NCBI GenBank assembly: GCA_040901675.1
Contig: JBBDYJ010000038.1
Coordinates: forward strand, 96,001-160,000
Origin: Pirellulales bacterium
GTDB lineage: Bacteria; Planctomycetota; Planctomycetia; Pirellulales; JAICIG01
Direction: 5' to 3'
DNA length: 64,000 nucleotides
Under the pieces are notes generated by a model that worked only from the letters and a program-made list of their open reading frames with translations, was not told where the DNA came from and searched no databases. Shown in pieces: positions 1-8,684 of the stretch. The translations under genes and the position numbers were made by a program. Position 1 is the first letter of the stretch. Every line of letters starts with the position of its first letter.

Positions 1-468
1 GTTCACCTGGCCAGCCTGCCCGCCCTGGCCGCCCGCTACGGCGTGCCCGCCGGTTTCTCCGACCACTCGCTGGGCGGCCTGCTCCCCGCGGTGGCGGTCG
101 GCCTCGGCGCCGTGCTCATCGAGAAGCATCTCTCGCTCGACCGCAACATGAAGGGCACCGATCACGCCTGCTCGCTCGAGCCCGACGAGTTCCAGCGCAT
201 GGTGGCCGGCGTCCGCCGCGTCGAGCGGGCCATGGGCCGGGCCGACAAGCCGTTGGCCCCTGGCGTCGACCGCATCCGCGTCAAGCTCGGCCGCAGCCTG
301 GTCACGCGCATCGACCTGCCCGCGGGCACGCAACTGGAGGAGCCGATGCTCACGCTCAAGTCGCCCGGCGACGGCCTCTCCTGGCTCGACCGCCGCCTTG
401 TCCTCGGCCGCCGCTTGAAGCGCAGCATCCCCGCCGACGAAAAGCTTTCCATGGACGACCTGGTATGA
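1..468 (+). CDS. neuB: N-acetylneuraminate (nonulosonate) synthase family protein, C-terminal part with SAF domain; 5' end lies outside the window
   Basis: Frame 1 is open from base 1 (VHLASLPALAARYGVPAGFSDHS). It shows NeuB/SpsE motifs GFSDHS, IEKH(L)SLDR, GTDHACSLEP and a SAF-like tail (RSLV...LKSPGDG). Confidence 0.85.
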   Translation, partial: VHLASLPALAARYGVPAGFSDHSLGGLLPAVAVGLGAVLIEKHLSLDRNMKGTDHACSLEPDEFQRMVAGVRRVERAMGRADKPLAPGVDRIRVKLGRSLVTRIDLPAGTQLEEPMLTLKSPGDGLSWLDRRLVLGRRLKRSIPADEKLSMDDLV

Positions 469-1376
469 CCAACAACCGCCCCCTAAGTAGCAGGCACACT
501 CCGTGTGCCGTCCGCTCCGAGAGTCCACCGCAGGCGCATCGCCTTGTCCCCGTGTCCCCTTGTCCCCTTGTCGATCCTCCCCTCGGGTGGCTGGGGCAAA
601 GCGTCAGCGTGCCCCAGTCTTCGTCCGTATCCCCCCGCGTTCGCCTTGTCCCCATGTCCCCTTGTCCCCTTGTCCTCCCCCTCCGCGGTCTCCTCTTCGA
701 CATGGGAGACGTCCTCTACGACGCCACCGCCTGGCGCCGCTGGCTCGTCAAGCTGCTGGCACGCATGGGCCTGCAAACCCACTACCGCGGCTTCTACCAG
801 GTCTGGGACCACGACTATCTCGACGAGGTCCATCGCGGCCGCCGCGACTATCACGAGGCCTTTCGCACTTTCCTCCGCTCCGCCGGCCTTTCCCCCGGAC
901 AGATTGACGAGGTCGAGGCCGCCAGCCACGCCCGCAAGCGCGAGCTGGAAACCGACGCCCGCCCCTTGCCCGGAGTGCGGGCCACGCTCAAGCTGCTGTC
1001 CGAGGCTGGCCTGGTCTTGGCCGTGCTCAGCGACTCCGAGAGTCCCGCCGACCAGCTCCGTCAGCGCCTCGCCCGGCTCGGACTGGCCCAGTATTTCGGA
1101 CCGGTCATTTCGTCCGTCGAGATGGGCCGCACCAAGCCCGACCCCTTCTGTTACCGCTCGGCCTTGGCGGCCATGAACCTGCCGGCCGAGCAGGTGGCCT
1201 TCGTCGGCCACGACGCCGGCGAGCTGCGGGGCGCCCGCCGTGCCGCCTTGCGGACCATCGCCTTCAACTTCGATCCCGAGGCCGTCGCCGACTGTTACCT
1301 CGACCGCTTCGAGCAACTGCTCCCGCTCGTATCGAACCGCCACCTGCAGGCGGCGAGTTACCAGGGGGCGGCCTAG
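465..1376 (+). CDS. HAD-superfamily hydrolase with repeat-derived N-terminal extension
   Basis: HAD motifs LLFDMGDVL, LSDS, KPDP and FVGHD are present. The start ATG overlaps the neuB stop (ATGA, 465-468). Confidence 0.85.
   Translation: MTNNRPLSSRHTPCAVRSESPPQAHRLVPVSPCPLVDPPLGWLGQSVSVPQSSSVSPRVRLVPMSPCPLVLPLRGLLFDMGDVLYDATAWRRWLVKLLARMGLQTHYRGFYQVWDHDYLDEVHRGRRDYHEAFRTFLRSAGLSPGQIDEVEAASHARKRELETDARPLPGVRATLKLLSEAGLVLAVLSDSESPADQLRQRLARLGLAQYFGPVISSVEMGRTKPDPFCYRSALAAMNLPAEQVAFVGHDAGELRGARRAALRTIAFNFDPEAVADCYLDRFEQLLPLVSNRHLQAASYQGAA
486..515 (+). repeat. REP-like palindrome family A (GTAGCA-GGCACAC-TCC-GTGTGCC)
   Basis: GTAG foot followed by the hairpin GGCACAC/GTGTGCC. Further copies lie at 1411-1535 and 30415-30486. 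Confidence 0.8.
584..642 (+). repeat. REP-like family B (GGGTGG-CTGGGGCA...TGCCCCAG), 59 bp identical to 2330-2388
   Basis: Direct comparison shows 59/59 identity with 2330-2388. Variants occur at 3368-3421, 37065-37112 (minus strand) and 38653-38686. Confidence 0.9.
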
Positions 1377-3491
1377 GTGCAGGTCTTCGCCCGCCATGCT
1401 CTCGTCCTAAGGAGCATGCATCCTCCGCATGCCGTCCGCTCGCCTGGTAGCAGGCATACTCCGTATGCCGTCAGCCCGTCTACTCCGTATGCCGTCAGCC
1501 CGTTTAGTAGCAGGCACACTCCGTATGCCGTCAGCCCCCTCGCCTCATCGCCTCCTCGCCCCCTCCTATTACTGGAGGGCTCCTGGCCCGCGGCCCCGAC
1601 CGACGGCGCGTGCTGGAGTCTCGACGACTCGATCGACCATCGCATCGACTCGATCGACGCTGCGGCCGTCGACCTGGCCACCCGCGCCGCCGGCCCCGCA
1701 TCGCCGCTCTTCGGCCCCGTCGCGGCCCTGGCCGACCTCCACTCGCTGTCGCTGCGTTACTACCTGGCCCGCCTGCTGCGCGTGATCGCGTTCTTCGACC
1801 ACGTCCACGCGCCCGCCGTCGGCGAAGCGATCGACCTCTACCTTGCCTCCCGCGGCGACGAGGACTACCACGACCTGTTCACCGAGCTGGCTCGCCGCCA
1901 CGGCTGGCGTCTCACCGTGTACTGGCACGAGTCCTCCGCTCCGCTTCCCCGGCGCGCTCGCCGTCCAAGCCGTTGGCGGCGTTGGGCGGCCGCAGCCGCT
2001 GATCGCCTCACCCCCCGAGTGCCGCCGCCGGCTTGCCCAGCAGTGTCCTCCGCCGATCAGGCTCCCCGTGTCATCCTTTGCGGCAGTCCGCGCGTGCTCG
2101 ATCCGATCTGTGCCGAGCTCGTGGCCCGCGGCTGTCAGATCTGGTGGTTATACGAGCAGTTTGCCGTCCGCTGTTGGTGGCGTTGGCGTCGTGCCGGCGT
2201 CCGCCAACTGACCTTGGCCCCTTCCCCCATCGCCGCCCTCCCCAGCGACGAGGCCCTCCCCCGCGGCCTCCTCACGTATCATCAAATCGACCTCACCTCA
2301 TCCATCGCCCGCTTCCTCCACCGCCGCCCCGGGTGGCTGGGGCAAAGCGTCAGCGTGCCCCAGTCTTCGTCCGTATCCCCCCGCGTTCCCCCTGTCCCCT
2401 GCTGCAAGTCCGCCTCTGGAGGATCGCCTTGTCCGCTTGTCGATTCTTCCTCCCTCCTAATCCTCGACGAAGACTGCACCCCCTTGAAGCGTGCGGCGAT
2501 TGCATTTGCCCGTTCGCACGGCATCAAGTCGGTGGTTGTCCAGCACGGTGCTCCGTGCGTGCGGTTCGGTTTTGCTCCGTTGCACGCCGACGTGTTTTAT
2601 GCTTGGGGCGAGTCATCTCGGCGGCAGCTTGAGGCCTGGCAGGTCCCTTCCGAGCGGATCGTCGTCACCGGCGCGCCGGGAAAGGGGGAAGGGGGAGAGG
2701 GCGACAAGGCGACAAGGCGACAAGGTGACAAGGCGACGAAGACCAAAGTACCAAGTACCAAGATCCAAGAACCAAGTCCCAAGATCCAACTAGCAACCAG
2801 CAACCAGCAACCAGCAACTTCCCAGATTCTCCTCCTTGCCACCGTTCCGCCGTCCGACCACCGGCCCGACTCGGTCGCCTTTCATCTCACCCGCCGCACG
2901 CACCGCCGGATGATCGAGATCGCCTTTGCCGCCGTGGCCCGCCTGCCGCGTGCCCGGCTCATCGTCAAGCTTCATCCGCGCTCTGTCGACGACTCCGACT
3001 TCCGCGCCGTGATGGCCCGCTTCCCCGCCCTTGATGTCCGGCTGGTCCGTCACGCCGACTGCCGCACCCTCGTCCACGATGCCGACTGTGTTCTGAGTTG
3101 TGCTTCCACGGCTGGCATCGAGGCGGCCTGGTCCGGCGCCCCGGTGATCCAGCTCTTGCCTCTCGGCTCTGCCGACATCCTGCCCGCCCATCGCTGGGGC
3201 CTGTTGGGCACGGCCCGCGAGCAGGCCGAGCTCGACGTCTTGCTCGCGCGCGCCCTCTCCGGCGCCGCTGCCCCCGTCCGCCCTCGTGAGCCCATCTTCG
3301 CCGCCACCGGCCCCACCGCCGCCCGTCTTATCGTCGACCATCTCCTCTCGAACAGGCCGGAGACCGTCGGGTGGCTGGGGCAAAAGTCCCGGCGCGCCGG
3401 GATGCCCCAGTCGTCGTCCGTCCATGATCCGCTTGCTCCAGCCTCGAGTCTCCAGCCTCACGTTGTGTCCGAAAGAGAGCTTGTGCTTTGA
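1377..3491 (+). CDS. Putative surface-carbohydrate/capsule biosynthesis protein (GT-B-like, glycerophosphotransferase/epimerase-like) with in-frame repeat insertions
   Basis: Motifs LDED...VVVQHG, AWGE, VVTGAP, IVKLHPR and STAGIEAA...PVI are typical of this fold. It lies between the HAD and flippase genes. Confidence 0.65.
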   Translation: MQVFARHALVLRSMHPPHAVRSPGSRHTPYAVSPSTPYAVSPFSSRHTPYAVSPLASSPPRPLLLLEGSWPAAPTDGACWSLDDSIDHRIDSIDAAAVDLATRAAGPASPLFGPVAALADLHSLSLRYYLARLLRVIAFFDHVHAPAVGEAIDLYLASRGDEDYHDLFTELARRHGWRLTVYWHESSAPLPRRARRPSRWRRWAAAAADRLTPRVPPPACPAVSSADQAPRVILCGSPRVLDPICAELVARGCQIWWLYEQFAVRCWWRWRRAGVRQLTLAPSPIAALPSDEALPRGLLTYHQIDLTSSIARFLHRRPGWLGQSVSVPQSSSVSPRVPPVPCCKSASGGSPCPLVDSSSLLILDEDCTPLKRAAIAFARSHGIKSVVVQHGAPCVRFGFAPLHADVFYAWGESSRRQLEAWQVPSERIVVTGAPGKGEGGEGDKATRRQGDKATKTKVPSTKIQEPSPKIQLATSNQQPATSQILLLATVPPSDHRPDSVAFHLTRRTHRRMIEIAFAAVARLPRARLIVKLHPRSVDDSDFRAVMARFPALDVRLVRHADCRTLVHDADCVLSCASTAGIEAAWSGAPVIQLLPLGSADILPAHRWGLLGTAREQAELDVLLARALSGAAAPVRPREPIFAATGPTAARLIVDHLLSNRPETVGWLGQKSRRAGMPQSSSVHDPLAPASSLQPHVVSERELVL
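1411..1535 (+). repeat. Tandem copies of REP-like family A inside the 5' end of the CDS
   Basis: GTAGCAGGCA(T/C)ACTCCGTATGCCGTCAGCCC occurs at 1447 and 1507, with a partial copy at 1481 and a degenerate copy at 1411. Confidence 0.8.
2330..2388 (+). repeat. REP-like family B copy, in frame within the CDS
   Basis: Identical to 584-642; encodes GWLGQSVSVPQSSSVSPRV. Confidence 0.9.
2698..2820 (+). repeat. Short tandem repeats (GGCGACAA 8-mer, CCAAGxx and CAGCAAC 7-mers) in frame within the CDS
   Basis: Visible tandem runs encoding GDKATRRQGDKATKTKVPSTKIQEPSPKIQLATSNQQPATS. Confidence 0.8.
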
Positions 3492-5140
3492 CCTTTCTTT
3501 CCAGTCCCATTCATCCTTCAGCCTGTCCCCCAACTGCGCCCCCCGCGGATCCCCTTGTCGCCTTGTCGCCTTGTCCCCTTGTCGCCTCGTCGCCTTGTCG
3601 CCCCGTCCCCCCTTCACCCCTTCCCCCCTTCCCCTCATCGGTCCTCGCCCCTTCCCCCGCTCCCGCTTCCGGCTGGCGACGCATGCTCGGCGACTCACTC
3701 CTCGTCAGCTCGTCCACCCTCTTCTGCCAGGCCCTGGCCGCCGCCACCAGCCTGCTGCTCCGCTTCGCGCTCTCGCCCGCCCAGATGGGAGTCTGGCAGG
3801 CCCTCAAGCTCTTCCTCGGCTATGCCAACTACGCCAACCTCGGCATCAGCAAGGGCGCCACCCGCGAGCTCTCCGTCGCACTGGGCCGCGGCGACGGCGC
3901 CTCCGCCTACCGCGGCCTCAACCTCGCCTTCACCGTCAACACGCTCAGCAGCCTCGTCTACGCCGCCGCACTGGCCGCCTGGGGACTCTCGCTGGCCATC
4001 TCCTCCGGCCGGCTCTGGACCAACCCATGGGCCCTCGGCCTTTTGGCTCTGGCCATCTTCGTCGTGATCCAGCGCCACGTCACTTTCCTCATCACCATCC
4101 TCCGCTGCCGCCAGCAGTTCGCCCTCACCGCCCGCCTCTCCCTGATCGAGGCCCTGCTCACCCTGGCCCTCGTCGGCGCCGCCACCTGGCTGGCCGGCCT
4201 CAACGGCCTCTACGGCGGGACACTGGCCGTCCTGCTCGCCTCCTGGTTCTACCTCCGGCAGCGCGGCGGCTGCTCGCTCGCCTGGGCCTGGAACTTCCCG
4301 GAGATCAGGCGGCTGATCGGCCTGGGCGGACCGATCCTCCTCTCCGGGGCGGCCGCCACCTTGTTTCAATCGCTCGACAAGCTCATGATCCTCGCCTCGA
4401 TGAGCGACCGCGAGTACCAGCTCGGCTGCTATTCGCTGGCCCTGCTGGTCGGCGGCCAGCTCTTCGGCTTCGCCAACATGCTCTCGATCGTCATGGGCCC
4501 CCGCTACAGCGAGCTGTTCGGCCGTTGCGGCCGCCGGACCGAGGTCGCCCGCCTGGCCGCCCGTGCCAGCGAGCTGCAGGCCGCCGCCCTCGCCTTGCCC
4601 AGCGGCCTGGCCCTGGTGGCCGTCGCCCCGCTGCTCGGCCGCTTGCTCCCCGACTACCGCCCCGGCGTCGCGCCGGCCATGTGGCTCATCCCCGGCGCGG
4701 TCGCCATGGGTCTCAGCCTGCCGGCCAACCAGTACCTGGTGGCGGTCTACCGCGAGCGCTCCGTCCTGGCCAGCCTCTTGGCCGCCTGCGGCCTTGCCGC
4801 CTTGGCCAACCACCTCGCGCTGACCGCCGGCCACGGCCTGGTCGGTGTAGCGCTGGCCACTTCGTTCGCCTACCTGGTCTACCTGGTCTTGATGCTGGCG
4901 ATTTCCCTTTGGCCCGAGCTCAGCGCCCCCGAACGCCGCCGTTATCTCGGCAGCCTGGCCGTGGCCTTGATACCCACCTGGTCCGTCGCCCTCTTGGTTC
5001 ACCTCATCTGGCCCGCCGCCGGCTGGCGGTCCTCCCTTTTGAAGGCCTTGGCCGTCACAGCCGCCTGGGCATTAACCGCCTCCTACGGCTGGCTCCACGG
5101 CGGCTGGAAACAAGCCTGGCGCCAAGGAGGGAGGAGTTAG
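3488..5140 (+). CDS. Oligosaccharide/polysaccharide flippase (Wzx/MOP family)
   Basis: About 12-14 hydrophobic segments with Wzx-like motifs (LSPAQMGVW, SLDKLMI, LGCYSLA). The N-terminal ~65 aa are repeat-derived; an alternative start is ATG 3683. Confidence 0.8.
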   Translation: MTFLSSPIHPSACPPTAPPADPLVALSPCPLVASSPCRPVPPSPLPPFPSSVLAPSPAPASGWRRMLGDSLLVSSSTLFCQALAAATSLLLRFALSPAQMGVWQALKLFLGYANYANLGISKGATRELSVALGRGDGASAYRGLNLAFTVNTLSSLVYAAALAAWGLSLAISSGRLWTNPWALGLLALAIFVVIQRHVTFLITILRCRQQFALTARLSLIEALLTLALVGAATWLAGLNGLYGGTLAVLLASWFYLRQRGGCSLAWAWNFPEIRRLIGLGGPILLSGAAATLFQSLDKLMILASMSDREYQLGCYSLALLVGGQLFGFANMLSIVMGPRYSELFGRCGRRTEVARLAARASELQAAALALPSGLALVAVAPLLGRLLPDYRPGVAPAMWLIPGAVAMGLSLPANQYLVAVYRERSVLASLLAACGLAALANHLALTAGHGLVGVALATSFAYLVYLVLMLAISLWPELSAPERRRYLGSLAVALIPTWSVALLVHLIWPAAGWRSSLLKALAVTAAWALTASYGWLHGGWKQAWRQGGRS

Positions 5141-5202
5141 TGGCTAGTGGTCAGTGGTCAGTGATTCCGCCTGCGGCGGCTCACCTTGTCGTGCTTCTTC
5201 CC

Positions 5203-5250
5203 TTGCCCCGAAGGGGCTGCAACATATCAGCCCAGGGCAACGCCCTGGGG
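5203..5250. repeat. REP-like palindromic element (GCCCCGAAGGGGC...CCCAGGGCAACGCCCTGGG)
   Basis: Two GC-rich hairpins in the intergenic region. Confidence 0.6.
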
Positions 5251-5350
5251 AACCGAACGACCAAAACAGTTTTCCTAGACCGATGTCTCAGCATCGGTCC
5301 TTATTTTTCTTCCGGTCCGCTGGCCGGAGATCGCAACGGACGGAGGAAGG

Positions 5351-6439
5351 ATGGCCACGAAAAACCCGAAAACAACCTCTGACTTCCGTCCGATGCCCCC
5401 TGTTAATCTTTCATCCTCTGCCACACATCCGGCCCCGCCGGACTCCGTCCCCCGCTCCCCCCTTCCCCCGCTCCCCCCTTCCTCCTCGCTCCTCGACCTC
5501 CAGCGCCGCTGCCAAAAACCCGACCATCGCATCGTCGGCAACTGGATGGCCCGCCGCATCAGCCGCCCTTTGGCCTTGCGGGTCACTTGGGTCGCCGTCG
5601 GCTGGGGCCTCTCGGCCCACGCCGTCACCTGTCTCGCCTGGCTCTGCGGCCTGGCGGCCGCGGCCTTCTTCTCCTCCGGCAGCGTCGCCGGCTGGCTGGC
5701 GGCCGTCTTCCTCTTGCAGCTCTGGTACTTGCTGGACCACGTCGACGGCCAACTGGCCCGTTACCACGGCACGGCCTCGCTCGACGGCGTGCAGCTCGAC
5801 TACCTGATGCACCACACCCTCAACCTGCTCATCCCTCTCGGCGCCGGCCACGGCCTGGCCACCGCCGCCGCTCACCCGCCCGCCTGGTTCTTGGGCGGGC
5901 TGGCTTGGGGCCTGGCGCTGTTGTGTTTGGGGCTGATGCACGACACGCGCTACAAGGCTTTTGTTCAGCGGCTCAAGCGCGTCCGCGGCCAGCTTGAAGT
6001 CATTGGTGGGGGCGGTGCACGGCCATGTGCGCCCCCACCGATTCCGCGCCGGCCGTTAGCGCTTGCCGCCTGGCTTGCCCGCAAGTCATGCGAGAGCCAC
6101 GTCATCATGAACATCCTCACCGCCATTGCCCTGGCCCAGTGGCTCGTCGCCGACCGCGCCCTCCTGATCGCCCGCGCGTATCTCGCCCTCACGGCTCCTC
6201 TGGCCTGTCTCGTATTCGCTCTGTCCCTCGTTCGCTCCCTCCGCCGCCACACGGCCGAGCGCGAGTTCGCTCTCTGGTATCGCCCACCCGTCGGCTCGCG
6301 TCTCGTCTTCCAAGACGGCTGGTGGCACGTCCGGACTGAGGATGAGGGAAACGGGGGATCGGGGGAAGCGGGGACAGGACGAACGATCGCCACGAAGCAT
6401 TCCCGCCCCTTAATCCATGAATCCCCGGAGACCGACTGA
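5351..6439 (+). CDS. CDP-alcohol phosphatidyltransferase family protein
   Basis: The signature DHVDGQLARYHGTASLDGVQLD fits DxxDGxxAR...GxxxD; several TM segments; RBS GGAGGAAGG before the ATG. Confidence 0.85.
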   Translation: MATKNPKTTSDFRPMPPVNLSSSATHPAPPDSVPRSPLPPLPPSSSLLDLQRRCQKPDHRIVGNWMARRISRPLALRVTWVAVGWGLSAHAVTCLAWLCGLAAAAFFSSGSVAGWLAAVFLLQLWYLLDHVDGQLARYHGTASLDGVQLDYLMHHTLNLLIPLGAGHGLATAAAHPPAWFLGGLAWGLALLCLGLMHDTRYKAFVQRLKRVRGQLEVIGGGGARPCAPPPIPRRPLALAAWLARKSCESHVIMNILTAIALAQWLVADRALLIARAYLALTAPLACLVFALSLVRSLRRHTAEREFALWYRPPVGSRLVFQDGWWHVRTEDEGNGGSGEAGTGRTIATKHSRPLIHESPETD

Positions 6440-6440
6440 C

Positions 6441-6725
6441 GTAGAACGGAATTCATTCCGTTTGCCTTCGTGCTTTCGGTGGTAGCAGGACTCGCCAGAG
6501 TTCTGGCCGTCTTCCCCAGTAGCGCGTCCGTAGCAGGACTCGCCAGAGTTCTGGCCGTGTTCACCCTGCGTTGACCTTGCCTGCCTTGAGCTTGTCGAAA
6601 GGCCGCATCGCCCCTTCGCCCCCCGTTCTTTCCTGCCTTCCGAGGATCGCCTTGTCGATTCCTCCTTCCTCCTTCCTCCCTCTGCCTTCTTCCTTCTGCC
6701 TTCTGCCTTCCTGCCTTTCTGCCTT
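6441..6725. repeat. Intergenic REP/short-repeat cluster
   Basis: Contains GTAGAACGGAATTCATTCCGTT (6441); two identical 29-bp GTAGCAGGACTCGCCAGAGTTCTGGCCGT copies (6482, 6530; family C); CCTTGAGCTTGTCGAAAGG (~6584); and GCCTTCT heptamers (6680-6725). Confidence 0.8.
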
Positions 6726-7264
6726 CAAGAATCGACCCACCACTGGTACTCCGGCATGGAGGGATTCGGCTTGAACTGAGCGAGCACCTGAATGTCCTCT
6801 AAGACCTTGTTTAGCGCGGCCGGATCCGCCCCAGTGGCATCGGCCCATGCTTTGATCAGTTCTGGACAGCTCACCACTGTCAGGGCCGCGTGTTTCGCGA
6901 CGCGGATCGCTTTGCGGTCGTCCGTGGCCACCACCCACTTGCGCTGTTCGGCCAGGGCCAGGCACATCGCTTCCCCGTCCGACCGGAAAACCATCGCGTA
7001 CTGGGTGAACCGGTCGAGCTCCTGCTGATTCTCCGGGCGGCAAACCGTCAGCACGCCCGCGGAAATCAGCCCCGACAAGTCAACGGCAACCGTCACGGTC
7101 TTCCCCGGCTGGGTGCTATCATGCCGGCGACAATACCGGACCTCGCTCTGTACGGCGGAGGGCAAGTGCCACTTGAAGCCCGTAGCGCGCAAAATGCCCT
7201 CGGCGTCTCCCGAGGCCAACAAGTCAATCAGGCAACATGCGTCGATGGCCGCATTCGGCATCAC
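6725..7264 (-). CDS. PIN-domain protein (VapC/DUF3368-like putative RNase toxin)
   Basis: PIN acidic motifs: IDACCLID, EV, DGEAMCLALA and VATDDRKA. Confidence 0.75.
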   Translation of the reverse strand: MMPNAAIDACCLIDLLASGDAEGILRATGFKWHLPSAVQSEVRYCRRHDSTQPGKTVTVAVDLSGLISAGVLTVCRPENQQELDRFTQYAMVFRSDGEAMCLALAEQRKWVVATDDRKAIRVAKHAALTVVSCPELIKAWADATGADPAALNKVLEDIQVLAQFKPNPSMPEYQWWVDS

Positions 7265-7317
7265 GAGATCTTGTCCACGAGACCGTGTCCATCAGACCTT
7301 GCCCACTAGATTGCCTA

Positions 7318-8538
7318 TCAGGGCGCCGCGCTCAGCAGCGATTTGGCGAAGTCGAGCCGCCACGCGCTCTCCACGCCGGCGGAATCAAGTTCCCGGCTCG
7401 ACAAGGTAATGGCCGCGATCTCGCGGGCTCTCACGATGTCGCACCGCAGATAGTGGGCCAGATCGCTGTCGCCGATTTCTCCACGCTCGTAGGCTGCGAC
7501 AGCGAGATACTTGTACCGCTCTGGGAATGCTTCGTCGTTGACCGGCTGAGACTGCAAGCTCAAAAGTTCCGCCGCCTCGCGGGGCGAGAACTTCGACTCT
7601 TGCAAGAACTGCCAACTTCCTCGCTGGATGAGTCCCAACTGCTCCAAGCGGAGCGCCATCGCCTCGACCGAGACGTAGTAGAAGTGGCTCATCCGCCGCA
7701 GATCGGCCCCTTTGAAGTCGCCGGTGGTGGTCACGATGTCGTGAAACCGCTGCCGCACGGAGCTGGCGGGCATCAGAAAGCTCAAGCCGAACGACTCGGC
7801 GAAGCGTTCGTTGGCGGGCTTCCTTCCCGTCATGGTCAGGTAGTCGATGCCCGGCTTGTAGCGATCCACGATCAGATGACCGTACTCGTGGAGCATCGAC
7901 ACGCGCCGCCGCTCGGGCGGGTGTTTGCGGTTGACGAGGATGCAGCAACCGAGGTCCGCCGTGTACGCGTACATTCCGGCGATGGCCGGGGGGAGATCCC
8001 AGTAGAAGATCCGCAGCCCGACATCCCACTCCAGTGTGCTGCGGAGGTAGATCACCGGCTGGTCGCCGAGTCCCAGCCGCTGCCGCTCTTGCAGCGCGGC
8101 GGTCTCGGCGAGCCCAGCGGCCTCGATCCGAGGGCTCAGCCTGACTTCAGGGGGATAGTTGAATCGCAGGGGCGCGTCCATCAGCTTTTCCAAGTCCCGG
8201 TAGTCTTCGGCCAGCCGCTGAAGCTCGTCGATGCCCGCCTTCAGCGCCTCTTCGTCGGGCCCCTTTATCTTTTCGGCCACTGCGCGCAAGTGCGGCTGCA
8301 GGTCCCCCGCCGGTTCGGTCGGGCGAACCAGCTCATGGACCTTGCGGCCCAAGAAACCGGCCAGCTTGACGATTTCGTCCGACTTGGCTGCGCGGTCCCC
8401 CTTCTCGATGGCGATGTAGGTCGGCCGGCTGCACTGCAGGAAGTCGGCGACTTCCTCTTGCGTCTTGCCCCGCGCCTTGCGTGCCTCGGCGATCCGTTGT
8501 CCCAGAATCCGTGGATCAATCTTTTCAAGCTGAGGCAT
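7318..8538 (-). CDS. Xre-HTH fused to ImmA/IrrE-family (M78) metallopeptidase, with a C-terminal HTH-like tail
   Basis: N-terminal Xre HTH (LGQRIAEARKARGKTQEEVA...IEKG), RRRVSMLHEYGH (HExxH), ERFAESFGLSFLMP and YYVSVEAM. Start taken at MPQLE (8538); the ORF extends to 8631. Confidence 0.88.
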   Translation of the reverse strand: MPQLEKIDPRILGQRIAEARKARGKTQEEVADFLQCSRPTYIAIEKGDRAAKSDEIVKLAGFLGRKVHELVRPTEPAGDLQPHLRAVAEKIKGPDEEALKAGIDELQRLAEDYRDLEKLMDAPLRFNYPPEVRLSPRIEAAGLAETAALQERQRLGLGDQPVIYLRSTLEWDVGLRIFYWDLPPAIAGMYAYTADLGCCILVNRKHPPERRRVSMLHEYGHLIVDRYKPGIDYLTMTGRKPANERFAESFGLSFLMPASSVRQRFHDIVTTTGDFKGADLRRMSHFYYVSVEAMALRLEQLGLIQRGSWQFLQESKFSPREAAELLSLQSQPVNDEAFPERYKYLAVAAYERGEIGDSDLAHYLRCDIVRAREIAAITLSSRELDSAGVESAWRLDFAKSLLSAAP

Positions 8539-8619
8539 GGGCCTGTCCTTCGCCTTTGGGTTCGTGCATCGGGCTGCTCGCAAGCCTGTCCGCGATCGCG
8601 CCCTCCTGCCCCTCTTGTG

Positions 8620-8684
8620 AATCATCGGCACAGGATTTTACAAAGTCAACAATAATTCAATATAATTGTAAACATATGTCAAAC
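8620..8684. promoter_or_regulatory. AT-rich, probably bidirectional promoter/operator region upstream of the HTH-IrrE gene
   Basis: Minus strand has TTGACA and TTGACT boxes; plus strand has TTTACA-N18-TATAAT (8637-8666). Inverted TTTACAA/TTGTAAA at 8637 and 8666. Confidence 0.5.
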
